A DNA stretch of 64,000 nt from an uncultured virus (IMG/VR IMGVR_UViG_2049941000_000254) (IMGVR_UViG_2049941000_000254), one strand, 5' to 3'; counted from the first letter of the stretch, positions 21,177-31,107 are shown. The notes: generated by a model from the letters alone, not told the origin. Made by a program: numbers and translations.

Positions 21177-21692
21177 ATGCAGAATATCAAGGCTACCGGA
21201 AAGAAGTTCCTCGTCGAAATGAAGAATGACTCGGGAGAATACGAACCTCTCGGGGTTCTGTCGTTCCACGATGCGGTTCAGATGCAGTTCACTACCAACC
21301 ACTCAATCCGTATGCAGCGGGTGAGTGACCTCGATGAACGCGAGGGTGAACTCGTTGGCAAGCAGTTGTTCACCCGTGGTGAACTCCGCAAGGCCCTTAT
21401 CGACCTTGTAGAAGCCATCAAGCCCGAAATGAACGCCGGTGAAAGCATCGGCCTCTATGACCTCCGCAACGGCTACTCGACCACCGAGAAGCGAGACCTC
21501 TGCGAGAACCAGTGGCCCCATGAGATTATGGCCATCGACTTCGACGCCGTATATGCCTCCCTCATCAAGGTAGATGCCCGAATTACCGAAGGCAACCTCG
21601 AAGTCTACTTCAATGACATGGAAGGCAATTCGGCCTACTGCGAAAACCACGGGATTTGGATTACCGATGGAAAGATTACGAAAGTTTACTAA
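21177..21692 (+). CDS. hypothetical protein
   Basis: Repeat, SD and ATG. Confidence 0.8.
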   Translation: MQNIKATGKKFLVEMKNDSGEYEPLGVLSFHDAVQMQFTTNHSIRMQRVSDLDEREGELVGKQLFTRGELRKALIDLVEAIKPEMNAGESIGLYDLRNGYSTTEKRDLCENQWPHEIMAIDFDAVYASLIKVDARITEGNLEVYFNDMEGNSAYCENHGIWITDGKITKVY

Positions 21693-21839
21693 CTCCTGAT
21701 TGAACGGCCACGGGGGCTTATGCCCCCGTGGTGTTTTTTGTTTAATTTCCACCCTCAGGCCCACCGTGTCCCCATATGTGCCCCTAACGGTGGCACCCGG
21801 CGGGCCATCGTGGGAAACACCCTCAACAGAGGAAACACC

Positions 21840-22232
21840 ATGAAAAATATTTTGATTTTGGCTTCGGCCCTGCTTCTTGCAGCCTGCGCCTCCAACCTTA
21901 CCCAGCCCAGCACACGCGTGATGGGGAGCAGCTCGACCAACTATACCACCTTCTACCGCATAGGCTGCCTTGACCGACTACCTCGAGAGGAACCTATCCG
22001 CTATCGTTCCCATGTGGAGATTACCAAGTATGAGGACAGGTCTATGGTCTGCTTCCGCTACGAGGGCAACGAGGAACGCTGTGACGAGGCCTCCGTGCCC
22101 TACAATGACCACGGGGTGCGTGAGGTATATACCACGGCTGACGGGGACACCTTAACCCTTGACATGGCATCGTTCATGGTCACGGGCGGCAAGGGGTGCT
22201 TCGTGCTCGGGAGAGAGAATGCCACCCCGTAG
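21840..22232 (+). CDS. putative lipoprotein
   Basis: MKNILILASALLLAAC lipobox. Confidence 0.8.
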   Translation: MKNILILASALLLAACASNLTQPSTRVMGSSSTNYTTFYRIGCLDRLPREEPIRYRSHVEITKYEDRSMVCFRYEGNEERCDEASVPYNDHGVREVYTTADGDTLTLDMASFMVTGGKGCFVLGRENATP

Positions 22233-22355
22233 GCGCCACGGAAATTTTTAATTTTTGATTTTCGCCGTTCGATATGTCCAACCGTGTTCCCGTTGTCCCA
22301 CGATGAATGGGACCCGGCGGAACATCGTGACATCGTTCAACCAAAGGAGACTACA

Positions 22356-23099
22356 ATGAACGAACCACTGAAAGCAATCAAGACCGAAACACTTGCTGCA
22401 GCAATTTCCGATGTCGATGAACTCGAAGCAGGGCTGAGTGAAATCTTCACGAAGTATGGTGGCATGAATATCCGTTCCATCATCGCCATCTTCCACCGAT
22501 ACCACTGCCAAGTTGAAATCAATGACGGTTTGTTCCTCGAAGGCGATATGTGCTATGCCGACTCCGCACAATGTATGTGGGACGGCGACCCGAAGAAGAT
22601 CGAGCATATCCGATTGGGAAATTTCAAACACCTCTCATACATCTACATCTCGCCAAAGGTTGGTGGTGTCAACCACTACATTGACCGTTTCGACATCGGG
22701 TACGAAGATGATGCCGAATGGGTCGAGGAAGTGTCGCTTTACAACCTCAAATTGGAACTTGAAATCCGTAATCGCGTTATCCTCCCCTCGGTGGTGGAGC
22801 AAGCCACCAAGATGTTCACCGACTTGCAGATTTTCATCTCGCAGAACGAACTCTCCCTCTGTTATGACGAGGACGATTGCAACCTCTTCATCGGGCCGAA
22901 GGACCTCCTTTGGAATGTCCACTCAGACCCGGGGGAGAAGGGTTCGAACCGTGACCCCGAACTCCGCAAGTATGCAACCCGCGAACTGATGGAAAAGTTT
23001 GCCAAGCAGGGACACCTCGCCCACGAGTGCATCACGCACCTCCATGTGTCCGACAGCGACGAGACCTTCAAGTCATGCGACCTCACCTACTCAGTGTAG
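22356..23099 (+). CDS. hypothetical protein
   Basis: Repeat, SD and ATG. Confidence 0.8.
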   Translation: MNEPLKAIKTETLAAAISDVDELEAGLSEIFTKYGGMNIRSIIAIFHRYHCQVEINDGLFLEGDMCYADSAQCMWDGDPKKIEHIRLGNFKHLSYIYISPKVGGVNHYIDRFDIGYEDDAEWVEEVSLYNLKLELEIRNRVILPSVVEQATKMFTDLQIFISQNELSLCYDEDDCNLFIGPKDLLWNVHSDPGEKGSNRDPELRKYATRELMEKFAKQGHLAHECITHLHVSDSDETFKSCDLTYSV

Positions 23100-23221
23100 A
23101 ACCTAGTGCCCGTATGGGCACTTATTTTTCCTTACGGAACTTCAGCCCACCGTGTTCCCGGGGTCCCATTATTCCGGGGACCCGGTGGAACATCGTGGCA
23201 TCGTTCAACCAAGGAGACAAC

Positions 23222-23593
23222 ATGAAACTGACTTGCCAACAGATTGAAGATAGGCTTCGCGCCTCGTTCGAGACCCTCGATGACAACAACCCGATTTTCG
23301 TGACCCACGAGGATTTCCTCTGCGAGGTTGCCAAGATTGCGAAGGAACAATTCGAGGAGGAGACCGTCGTATTTACGGGCAGAAACCCCCGTTTCCCCGA
23401 GACTGACGGGCTTCATACCTATTCATGGCTTGTCAATTACCGCAAGGAAGTGCCCCCAATTCAGACGGGCGAGCATGGCGAACCTATCCATGTAAGATAC
23501 GACCATGTGTGGAGAACTGCCTTCGAGGTGGATGCGCAAGTCAAGTTAGACAGCGCCCACTCGTTCATCGTCTATGGGATATCTGTGAAGTAA
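23222..23593 (+). CDS. hypothetical protein, distant paralog of 23760-24068
   Basis: Repeat and SD; RLxxxFxTxDDxNPI shared. Confidence 0.8.
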   Translation: MKLTCQQIEDRLRASFETLDDNNPIFVTHEDFLCEVAKIAKEQFEEETVVFTGRNPRFPETDGLHTYSWLVNYRKEVPPIQTGEHGEPIHVRYDHVWRTAFEVDAQVKLDSAHSFIVYGISVK

Positions 23594-23759
23594 CACTCCC
23601 CGCTTCCCTCGGGGAGGCCCACGGGTGGCGTTCGGCACACTTTGCCACAACACAATGCCGTCACCCGTGGGCAATTCTTTCCACCGTGTTCCCGGTGTCC
23701 CACTATTCCGGGGACCCGGTGGAACATCGTGAAAGCACATTAACCAAAGGAGACAACCC

Positions 23760-24068
23760 ATGAATATCATCACACGCCTCGAAGAGCAGTTCAAGACACG
23801 CGATGACGAGAACCCGATACTTTTCAATATCTATGACTTCGTTCTCGCCCTGCAACGCCTCGGCATTGAAGCCTTTGGCGCGGATACCATCGCGGACTAC
23901 GGGGGCAACGATACCCTCGACACCAAGTTCCCGCGGGCTTGCCATCACTTCGCCGTCCGTTCCAAGGTCAATGGGAAGTGGAAGTGCGTCATGCTCGTTT
24001 GTGTATTTGGGGAATGGAAGAAGGACGGGGAACTCGCTGCCTACGAAATCGAGGAGGACAAGTATTAA
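23760..24068 (+). CDS. hypothetical protein
   Basis: Repeat, SD and ATG. Confidence 0.8.
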   Translation: MNIITRLEEQFKTRDDENPILFNIYDFVLALQRLGIEAFGADTIADYGGNDTLDTKFPRACHHFAVRSKVNGKWKCVMLVCVFGEWKKDGELAAYEIEEDKY

Positions 24069-24185
24069 CTCCCCGCTTCCCTCGGGGGTAGTCCGTGGGC
24101 ACTTCTTTCCACCGTGTTCCAGGTGTCCCCCGAACGGTGGGACCCGGCGGAACAACGTGGTGGCACAATCAACCAAGGAGACAAC

Positions 24186-24398
24186 ATGGAAATCGCCTAC
24201 ATCAACGAACGAATTGACCGAAAATTGTGGTCAAGCACCCCAGTTTTCTGCGCGACCAAGGAAAGGATTACCGAAGCATTGAACAAGATTTTGACCCGCA
24301 AGGGACTGAAACCCGTTGCAGGAAAGGTCAATGTCGGCTTCAAGGTAAAATATCCACCATATACATTTGATGTGTCGGCAATTCAGCCGAGACAATAA
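24186..24398 (+). CDS. small hypothetical protein
   Basis: Repeat, SD and ATG. Confidence 0.7.
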   Translation: MEIAYINERIDRKLWSSTPVFCATKERITEALNKILTRKGLKPVAGKVNVGFKVKYPPYTFDVSAIQPRQ

Positions 24399-24411
24399 AA
24401 GGAGACAGACA

Positions 24412-24783
24412 ATGCGAAACATCCCAATCATCACCATCATGCTCCTCGCGTTCGCCCTCTTGACGGGGTGCGGGGAAGACACAAAGCAGGCAGCCAAGGA
24501 AGCCGCCAAGTCCACGGGCAAGCTTGTGGGCGCGGTAGTCACCGATGCCGCCAAGACCACCCTAGATGTAGCCACCGAGGTCGCCACGGGCGCGGGAGAG
24601 GTGGTAAAGGAAAAGGGTGGCGCAATGCTTGACACGGCAGCGGAAAAGGCCAAGGCGGTCGCGATAGACGCAAAGGACGCAATAGCCAAGAAAGCCAAGG
24701 AAACTGCCGACAGCGCCAAGAAATCGGTAAACGCGAGGGTTGGTGAGATAAAGAAGGCCAATAGAGAGCGAATGAAGAAATGA
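24412..24783 (+). CDS. Ala/Lys-rich putative lipoprotein
   Basis: LLAFALLTGC lipobox; helical AK repeats. Confidence 0.8.
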   Translation: MRNIPIITIMLLAFALLTGCGEDTKQAAKEAAKSTGKLVGAVVTDAAKTTLDVATEVATGAGEVVKEKGGAMLDTAAEKAKAVAIDAKDAIAKKAKETADSAKKSVNARVGEIKKANRERMKK

Positions 24784-24864
24784 TCCAACCGTGTTCCCGG
24801 TGTCCCTCGGAACGGGGGACCCGGTGGAACATCGTGATGGCACAATCAACCAACGGAGACAATA

Positions 24865-25176
24865 ATGCGTAAAATCCCCGATGAACAAATCAAGGCTATT
24901 CAGGAAAAAGCCAAAGAACTTAGTGACCTTGTGGACAAGGCCGACTGCCGTCTTATCGCATACCTTGACGGCTGCGATTGGGGCTTTGGCTTGAAAGTAG
25001 TGCCCCGCGAGGTCGAAATGGGCGAACGCGGTATCTATAAGGAAAAGGCCGATGAAGAAGCCGAGTCCATCGACAGCAATGAACTCCAAACCACGGGTCT
25101 TTACGGAACCGTATGCAACTGTGAAATCAACTCCCTCTACGAAGAGGGCGAGTGTCAAGACCCTTACGACTTCTAA
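24865..25176 (+). CDS. hypothetical protein
   Basis: Repeat, SD and ATG. Confidence 0.8.
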   Translation: MRKIPDEQIKAIQEKAKELSDLVDKADCRLIAYLDGCDWGFGLKVVPREVEMGERGIYKEKADEEAESIDSNELQTTGLYGTVCNCEINSLYEEGECQDPYDF

Positions 25177-25510
25177 CAAGGAGACAATATGGCTATCAAT
25201 GAACCGAAAAGGCGGTTTGACTTCGTTGTCCACCGCAACGGATACAACGAGAATGTCGCCGTGTTCGACGAGTCCAAGTGGCTCGCCATGGCGCAGATGC
25301 GAACACTCTATCCGGGATCAAAGTTCTCCCTCGTAGTAGGAGGTAGAAAGTGAAGAAATTTTAACATAACACCCCACGGGGAGCCGGTTCTCCCTGTGGC
25401 ATTTTATTTTTTTAATTTTTGCTTTAGCCTACCGTGTACCGTAGTCTCCATATTCCGGGGTACCCGGTGGAACATCGTGGAAGCACAATCATTCAGCAAG
25501 GAGACACAAC

Positions 25511-26023
25511 ATGAAAAAGCAGGAAATCAAGATTGGAAACCGAATCCCGTTTGCGGAACTCGGCAAGGCAATCGGAACTACCGACAAGGAATACCAGGCC
25601 CACATGAACAAGGGCTTTGCCGTCAAAGACCCGGTGAAGCCGAAGCGCAAGCACGAAATTTGCCGTTCCGACTTCGAGGACGCTCCGGAAGCGATGCAGT
25701 GTTGGTATCTCTCCGACGAAACCATGCAGACCATCGCCGACCAAATGAGCCAGGCCATGACTCAATACGAAAAGGAATATATCCGTTCCAACGATGATTT
25801 CGATGCCGCGTTCTGGCGAGAAGAGGAAGAAGCGCTCCGTGCGTTCGGTGTTCCTTACTACTCCGACGAGGTGAAGGCACCGAAGAAGGGCGCAAGGGTG
25901 TTCAGTGTGGACTACGGCTATGCAACCTACCTCGGAGAGGACAAAGAGGGCAATGCGGAAATCATGACCGATGATGGACAGAAGAAAACCACCTATATCG
26001 GGCTTATCGTGGAGGAATACTAA
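25511..26023 (+). CDS. hypothetical protein
   Basis: Repeat, SD and ATG. Confidence 0.8.
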   Translation: MKKQEIKIGNRIPFAELGKAIGTTDKEYQAHMNKGFAVKDPVKPKRKHEICRSDFEDAPEAMQCWYLSDETMQTIADQMSQAMTQYEKEYIRSNDDFDAAFWREEEEALRAFGVPYYSDEVKAPKKGARVFSVDYGYATYLGEDKEGNAEIMTDDGQKKTTYIGLIVEEY

Positions 26024-26276
26024 TGCTCAAATGCCCCGCAATCAAGCAAGTGGAGCATGACACTATCGGACAGACGGACGCCCGTTTCAGACGGGTCGCC
26101 CGTTCCCTTGGTCTCGAAGTCTGCGGCTTCATGACCTTTGACAAATTTTTTAATCGCAAGTATTCCGCGTTGCAGGCTCGTCTCTGCCAGACAGTTCCCA
26201 ACCGTGTAGAGAACAGCCCCCGGTAGTGGGCACCTGGTGGAACATCGTGGAAGCATCAAACAAAGGAGACAACAAT

Positions 26277-26585
26277 ATGATGATTTGCACTTACTACTCC
26301 ACTGACAGAAGCGATGGGGACTTTATCCCTGCCGTCATTGAAGCCACGGGCGATAGCATTGATGACCTCATTCCCGCAATTTCAGACGAGGTTGCTACGG
26401 AACTCGCTATGGCTGACGAAATTGGCAAGACGGTCGAGATTTCCGACCAAGAGGGCAACGAAATTGAACGCTCTGTGTTCGGCGTGGCCGATGCCCTCGC
26501 CAAAGGCGCCACCTGCATCGTGCTGAAAAATACCCTGTCCACGGGTGAAACCTACGAGAATGTGTTCACTATTCACAACATCTAG
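26277..26585 (+). CDS. acidic hypothetical protein
   Basis: Repeat, SD and ATG. Confidence 0.8.
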   Translation: MMICTYYSTDRSDGDFIPAVIEATGDSIDDLIPAISDEVATELAMADEIGKTVEISDQEGNEIERSVFGVADALAKGATCIVLKNTLSTGETYENVFTIHNI

Positions 26586-26683
26586 GAGGATCCATGCGTA
26601 AGTATTACATAAATCCGGCGGGAAAGATACCGTCCCTTTAGGTCGGCATATGAGAGCCGGACAGAACAAAAATTAAAAAATAC

Positions 26684-26712
26684 TTGACGGAGCAAAGCAA
26701 TTAAACTATATT
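26684..26712 (+). promoter_or_regulatory. sigma70-type promoter TTGACG-17-TATATT with AT-rich UP region
   Basis: Read directly; precedes a non-coding stretch. Confidence 0.7.
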
Positions 26713-26719
26713 TGAAAAT

Positions 26720-26990
26720 GTCAGGCTGAATGACGTTAAATAAGCAGGTACCTCCGGTGCGGAGGAAGCTTATGAGGTCCGACTAGATACCCTCTACGGT
26801 TGCCACTTCGGTAAAGGCAAGGTGTCCGGGTTGAAGACCGAAGCTGCCACAATTTATGGTGGCGGTAGTTCACATCGTGACACAGGCCGGCATTTCCGAC
26901 AACGAACACTTCATGGAGCCGTTCGGGGTTGCTAGCAGTTAACGAAATCACCGTCTAAACAAGTGCCCACATGGGCACTTTTTATTTTTT
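26720..26990 (+). ncRNA. candidate structured ncRNA
   Basis: Promoter upstream, no SD-led ORF, several hairpins, terminator AGTGCCC-ACAT-GGGCACT-TTTT at 26962. Confidence 0.4.
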
Positions 26991-27084
26991 ATTTTTTGCC
27001 TTTTGCCCACCGTGTGCCCCATGTGCCCCGATCCATGGCACCCAGTGGCACATCGTGGAGGCGTATTCAACCAAGGAGACAACA

Positions 27085-27360
27085 ATGGCTACACACATTA
27101 TCACCTGCCACTGCACCAACCCCGACTGCACCCGTGACTACTATGCGCAGAGGGAATTTGTCGGTGACATCGAGGGCTGCGCGGAGCGCTTCAAGGAAAT
27201 CTATGACAGCAGTACCAAGGACGGCTACGAAGTCACCGATGCGCACGATGACGAACTCGACCCCGACACCATCGTCAATGATGTCATGAAAGGAAATTTG
27301 GCCTGCATCAAGGTGAACACGATGGCGGAAGATGTCTATACAATAATCGAACTTGTCTAG
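27085..27360 (+). CDS. acidic hypothetical protein
   Basis: Repeat, SD and ATG. Confidence 0.8.
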   Translation: MATHIITCHCTNPDCTRDYYAQREFVGDIEGCAERFKEIYDSSTKDGYEVTDAHDDELDPDTIVNDVMKGNLACIKVNTMAEDVYTIIELV

Positions 27361-27546
27361 GAGAAACTATGAAAAAGGAAGAAACATACAGCGCCCCTAT
27401 GCTTGTGGTAGGGGCAGATGGCAAACTCGTCGTAAAGCGCGTAAAGGCGCCGCGCAAGCACTAACGCCTACCGTGTTCCCAATGTCCCCCTTACGGTGGG
27501 ACCCGGTGGAACATCGTGAAAGCACATTCAACAAAAGGAGACAACC

Positions 27547-28125
27547 ATGAACACTGAAGATTACTACCTCATTGGCAAGGACAACAACGGCAAGCGCGTA
27601 TGGCTTGAAAAACCCTCCTGGGACTGTGGCTGGTATTGGGGATTCGGCTACCTCCAGACCATGCAGGGCAACCGCGAACCGTCCAAGGCCCGCGGCATCG
27701 ACTGCCATACCCACTGGGACTCCTGTGTCTCCGAGAGCCGCAAGAACGCCTATGATTGGTTCATCGAGACCTTTGGCAAACCGACTACAGACCTCTGTGG
27801 CTATCCGACCAAGGCCGACAAGGGCACCCGTATGTGCCGTTTCACCGACAAGCAGGTATGGAGCCTCTGCGAACTGATGGCTACCGCCTACACCCTCCGC
27901 GAGACCGCCGAAGTCCTCGGGCGCGGCAAGTCCAACTACAGCGAAAATCCGTGCGTAAAGGTCATCAAGAACACCCGCGAGGCCAAGCGCATCAACTCCA
28001 AGGTGCTCCCCGCAATCTTCGCGGAAATCAGCAAGATTTTCGATGAAGCGGACAAGGCTGAAAAACCCTCCAAGCCTTTCCAGGGCATCGGTTGGCGCGA
28101 AGCCCCGAAGAAGACGAAGAAGTAA
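27547..28125 (+). CDS. conserved phage hypothetical protein (PSWDCGWYWGFGYL)
   Basis: Repeat and SD; motif recognised from phage hypotheticals. Confidence 0.85.
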   Translation: MNTEDYYLIGKDNNGKRVWLEKPSWDCGWYWGFGYLQTMQGNREPSKARGIDCHTHWDSCVSESRKNAYDWFIETFGKPTTDLCGYPTKADKGTRMCRFTDKQVWSLCELMATAYTLRETAEVLGRGKSNYSENPCVKVIKNTREAKRINSKVLPAIFAEISKIFDEADKAEKPSKPFQGIGWREAPKKTKK

Positions 28126-28252
28126 ACAAGTGCCCACATGGGCACTTTTTATTTTTATTTTTTGCTTTTTGCCCACCGTGTTCCCGGTGTGACCCGAACG
28201 CGGTCACCCGGTGGAACATCGTGGAGGCACATTCAACCAAGGAGACAACAAC

Positions 28253-28504
28253 ATGGTAATCGCATTTGGAACCAAGGAAGCCCGTGACAAGCTCATGATG
28301 GGTATGCAGAAGATTGAATACTGCGTGAACGGTCGCGACCTCGAAGATTTGAACGGCTGCACAGCCCCTACCGAGGTGGTCATCGCTTTCGAGAACGACA
28401 GCGGGTGGCCCAGGCTGACCCCTAGCGGCATCGACCTTTCCGATTGGAGCGAACGCTTCGGTGAGGAAAGTGTCAAGACGGGTGAATGGGTGAACGAGCT
28501 TTAA
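28253..28504 (+). CDS. hypothetical protein
   Basis: Repeat, SD and ATG. Confidence 0.75.
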   Translation: MVIAFGTKEARDKLMMGMQKIEYCVNGRDLEDLNGCTAPTEVVIAFENDSGWPRLTPSGIDLSDWSERFGEESVKTGEWVNEL

Positions 28505-28516
28505 GGAGATTACAAC

Positions 28517-28753
28517 ATGGCAAAAATCTATATTCTCGCAGGAACACATGAACACCCTGAGGAATGTGAACCGGACATCATTACCGATGTATTCAAGAGC
28601 CGCAGTGAAGCAGCAACGCAGGCACTTGAAATTTTCCGCGAAACTTTCCCCGACCATGCTGACGAATTTACGAAAGCAGGGTGCATGGAAAGCAACTTCT
28701 TTGAAGAATACGGGGAAGTTCTGAAACTTGAAATCAACGAATTTTCAATTTAA
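28517..28753 (+). CDS. small acidic hypothetical protein
   Basis: AAGGAG SD. Confidence 0.75.
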   Translation: MAKIYILAGTHEHPEECEPDIITDVFKSRSEAATQALEIFRETFPDHADEFTKAGCMESNFFEEYGEVLKLEINEFSI

Positions 28754-28771
28754 CCAAAAGGAGACCAAACC

Positions 28772-28972
28772 ATGAACTCGACCGTCTACTACTTCCTCGA
28801 TATGTTTGCCGAGTCCGATATGCAGGAAGTGGCAATCTTCGACCTCAACAAAGGCGAAGAAATCTATCGCGGAACACGCGATGAAATGCCGCTCTATGTG
28901 CAGGACCTCGAAATCTGCTCCATCGACAACCTCGACGGCTCCAATGTCCTCACGCTCAATGTGGAGGCATAA
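28772..28972 (+). CDS. small acidic hypothetical protein
   Basis: AAGGAG SD. Confidence 0.75.
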   Translation: MNSTVYYFLDMFAESDMQEVAIFDLNKGEEIYRGTRDEMPLYVQDLEICSIDNLDGSNVLTLNVEA

Positions 28973-28979
28973 CTGAACG

Positions 28980-29198
28980 ATGTGGAACGACTTCGGCAAT
29001 CCCGCCCCGATTATCGACAGGTCATACGGAGACCCCGGTTCGGGTGCGAAGAAGCGTAATTCAGACCACGCGGGGACAATGGGCAAGTGCAAGCACTGCG
29101 GAAAACCTACCTATCGAACGGTAGGCTCCGCCTATGTCTGCTCATACTGCACCCATCTTGAAAAGGAAAAGTGGCCCAATCTCCGTTCTGACAATTAG
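28980..29198 (+). CDS. small Zn-ribbon protein (CKHC...CSYC)
   Basis: Two CxxC motifs; GGAGG SD. Confidence 0.65.
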   Translation: MWNDFGNPAPIIDRSYGDPGSGAKKRNSDHAGTMGKCKHCGKPTYRTVGSAYVCSYCTHLEKEKWPNLRSDN

Positions 29199-29278
29199 CC
29201 CAACCGTGTTCCTTGGGTCCCCCTATCCCGGGGACCTGAGGGAACATCGTGGGGATACATTCAACCAAGGAGATAACA

Positions 29279-29740
29279 ATGATTAGAACTTTCAAGACCG
29301 GAAAACTGGGCCTGTCCGACCAGGAAATCGAGAAGGAACGACAGGACATCTTCGAGGCCATGTGCAAGCGCCACAACCTCGACCCAAAAGACTGCGGTTC
29401 CAAAATCGGCACGGGACACTTCTACACCCCTACCGAACTTCACCGCGAACAGGTGCTATGGGCTATGTCGATGGCTAACTCTATCCTGTGCTACGGTGGA
29501 ACCAAGGAAGAATGGAACCGCCATGCCTGTAAGTACCAGGCCCAGGAAGTATGGCAGCGCGATGGACTGGGACTGACCCGCAAGTTCGGGTACAACAAGG
29601 TGCATAACGAAGCCTACGCCCTGACCGCCATCGAGACCGACAAGATTTGGGAAGCGCAGAAGGAACGCATCTCCAAGGCGACCATCATACCGAATGTCGT
29701 GGACGACGAGGAAGGAACACTTAACGGAATCAGGTGGTAA
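29279..29740 (+). CDS. hypothetical protein
   Basis: Repeat, SD and ATG. Confidence 0.8.
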   Translation: MIRTFKTGKLGLSDQEIEKERQDIFEAMCKRHNLDPKDCGSKIGTGHFYTPTELHREQVLWAMSMANSILCYGGTKEEWNRHACKYQAQEVWQRDGLGLTRKFGYNKVHNEAYALTAIETDKIWEAQKERISKATIIPNVVDDEEGTLNGIRW

Positions 29741-29741
29741 A

Positions 29742-29978
29742 ATGAAATTTACAATCATGTTCAAAACTATGGGACTGACCCTGTTCGCGGGCGAGGTCGA
29801 GGCTGACCGGGTGGAAAACGCAAAGTCCAAGGCCACCGACCTTATCAACAGGCGCCACCTAAAAAATATTGAATCCGCGGCCATACTCGCCCCAGACGGC
29901 ACTGAAGCCGCACTGATGAATGTGGCCCGGTTCAACCGCCCAGGTCATCAGATTGAATGGCTGACAGTGCACAAATAA
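29742..29978 (+). CDS. small hypothetical protein
   Basis: ATG directly after the previous stop. Confidence 0.65.
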   Translation: MKFTIMFKTMGLTLFAGEVEADRVENAKSKATDLINRRHLKNIESAAILAPDGTEAALMNVARFNRPGHQIEWLTVHK

Positions 29979-30074
29979 TTTTTTGATTTTCGCGGTCGCC
30001 GGGTTGTTAGCGGTTAACGAAAGTGTTAACAAAATTTAACTAAATATGCAATGGAAATAATGTATATTTAGTTA

Positions 30075-30342
30075 TGCCTAGTTTGATATGCCGGCCGTGT
30101 TAAGGCTCTTCCGCAAGGGAGTAGGACTAGGCAAGTAAGCCGTATTGCTTGATGCATATTAGGAATATCGCGTAGATACGGTTGATTAAGTGCCGTTACG
30201 GCCTACCCAGTGATGGGAAAGGTAGGAAATCACATAGGTCTACCCAGTGGTAGATTTAGGTAGGTTTCAGGTAACGGTTGAATGAACACGCACCCCCGGA
30301 GTCGGCAACTGTGACCTACTATATCCAGGGGGTGCATTTTTT
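30075..30342 (+). ncRNA. candidate multi-hairpin ncRNA
   Basis: TATATT at 30063; four consecutive closed stems ending in GGGGGTGC-A-T6; no SD-led ORF. Confidence 0.5.
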
Positions 30343-30444
30343 ACACCGTGTTTCCGCTGTAGCCAACCGTGTTCCCGGTGTCCCACAAAAGAGGGGACCC
30401 GGTGGAACATCGTGTATACAACAATTCAACCAAAGGAGTTCATA

Positions 30445-30837
30445 ATGAGCGAATACGAACAGCAAGCAAAGGAAACCTGTCAGAAGTATGGCATCACCAT
30501 GAAGGTAGGCGAACCCGTGTACGACTACCCCATTTGGGACGAGAAGTATCGCCACTACATCTTCCCGGTGACTCTCCGCAAGGACGGGAAGTCCATGAAG
30601 ATCCAATTCGCCAATTCCATAAACGCAGGGGGCAAGGCACCCACCGAGTACGATGTACTCACCTGCATCACAAAGAGCGACCCTGGGTCCTTCGAGGACT
30701 TCTGTGGCGAGTTTGGGTATGACACCGATTCCCGCAAGGCCGAAAAGACCTACAAGGCCGTGAAGCGCGAATGGGAAGCCGTTAAGCGCGTGTTCGGTGA
30801 GGGCGAGTGCCTGGAAGCCCTCCAGGAAATCGTATAA
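30445..30837 (+). CDS. conserved phage hypothetical protein (PTxYDVLxC...FEDFCxEFGYDxDSRKA)
   Basis: Repeat and SD; motif recognised from phage hypotheticals. Confidence 0.85.
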   Translation: MSEYEQQAKETCQKYGITMKVGEPVYDYPIWDEKYRHYIFPVTLRKDGKSMKIQFANSINAGGKAPTEYDVLTCITKSDPGSFEDFCGEFGYDTDSRKAEKTYKAVKREWEAVKRVFGEGECLEALQEIV

Positions 30838-31107
30838 ACTGCTGGTATGAAGCAGAAAAACAAATTCTCCATATCATGGCTTGATATTGCGATAGGTGTA
30901 CTCACTGTGGCCAACATCGCACTCATTGCCGTGATATTCGTCCATTAAATTTTGTTATTGTCTCCGCCCGACCTGGTTCTCTAGGCCGGGTTTTTTATTT
31001 TTTATTTTTCTCCCGGACCCCTCCTGCCCACCGTGTTCCATATGGTCCACTTACAAGGGGACCTGGTGGAACATCGTGAGGATACATTCCAACCAAGGAG
31101 CCAAATC

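Noticed and set aside
26720..26950. Hammerhead ribozyme (CTGAATGA...GAAA)
   Set aside because: The core has an extra base relative to CUGANGA, and I could not build the three required stems
27397..28176. Long minus-strand ORFs opposite array genes (also 32207-32875, 35864-36505, 62528-63388)
   Set aside because: Shadow frames from codon bias; no SD and no protein-like features
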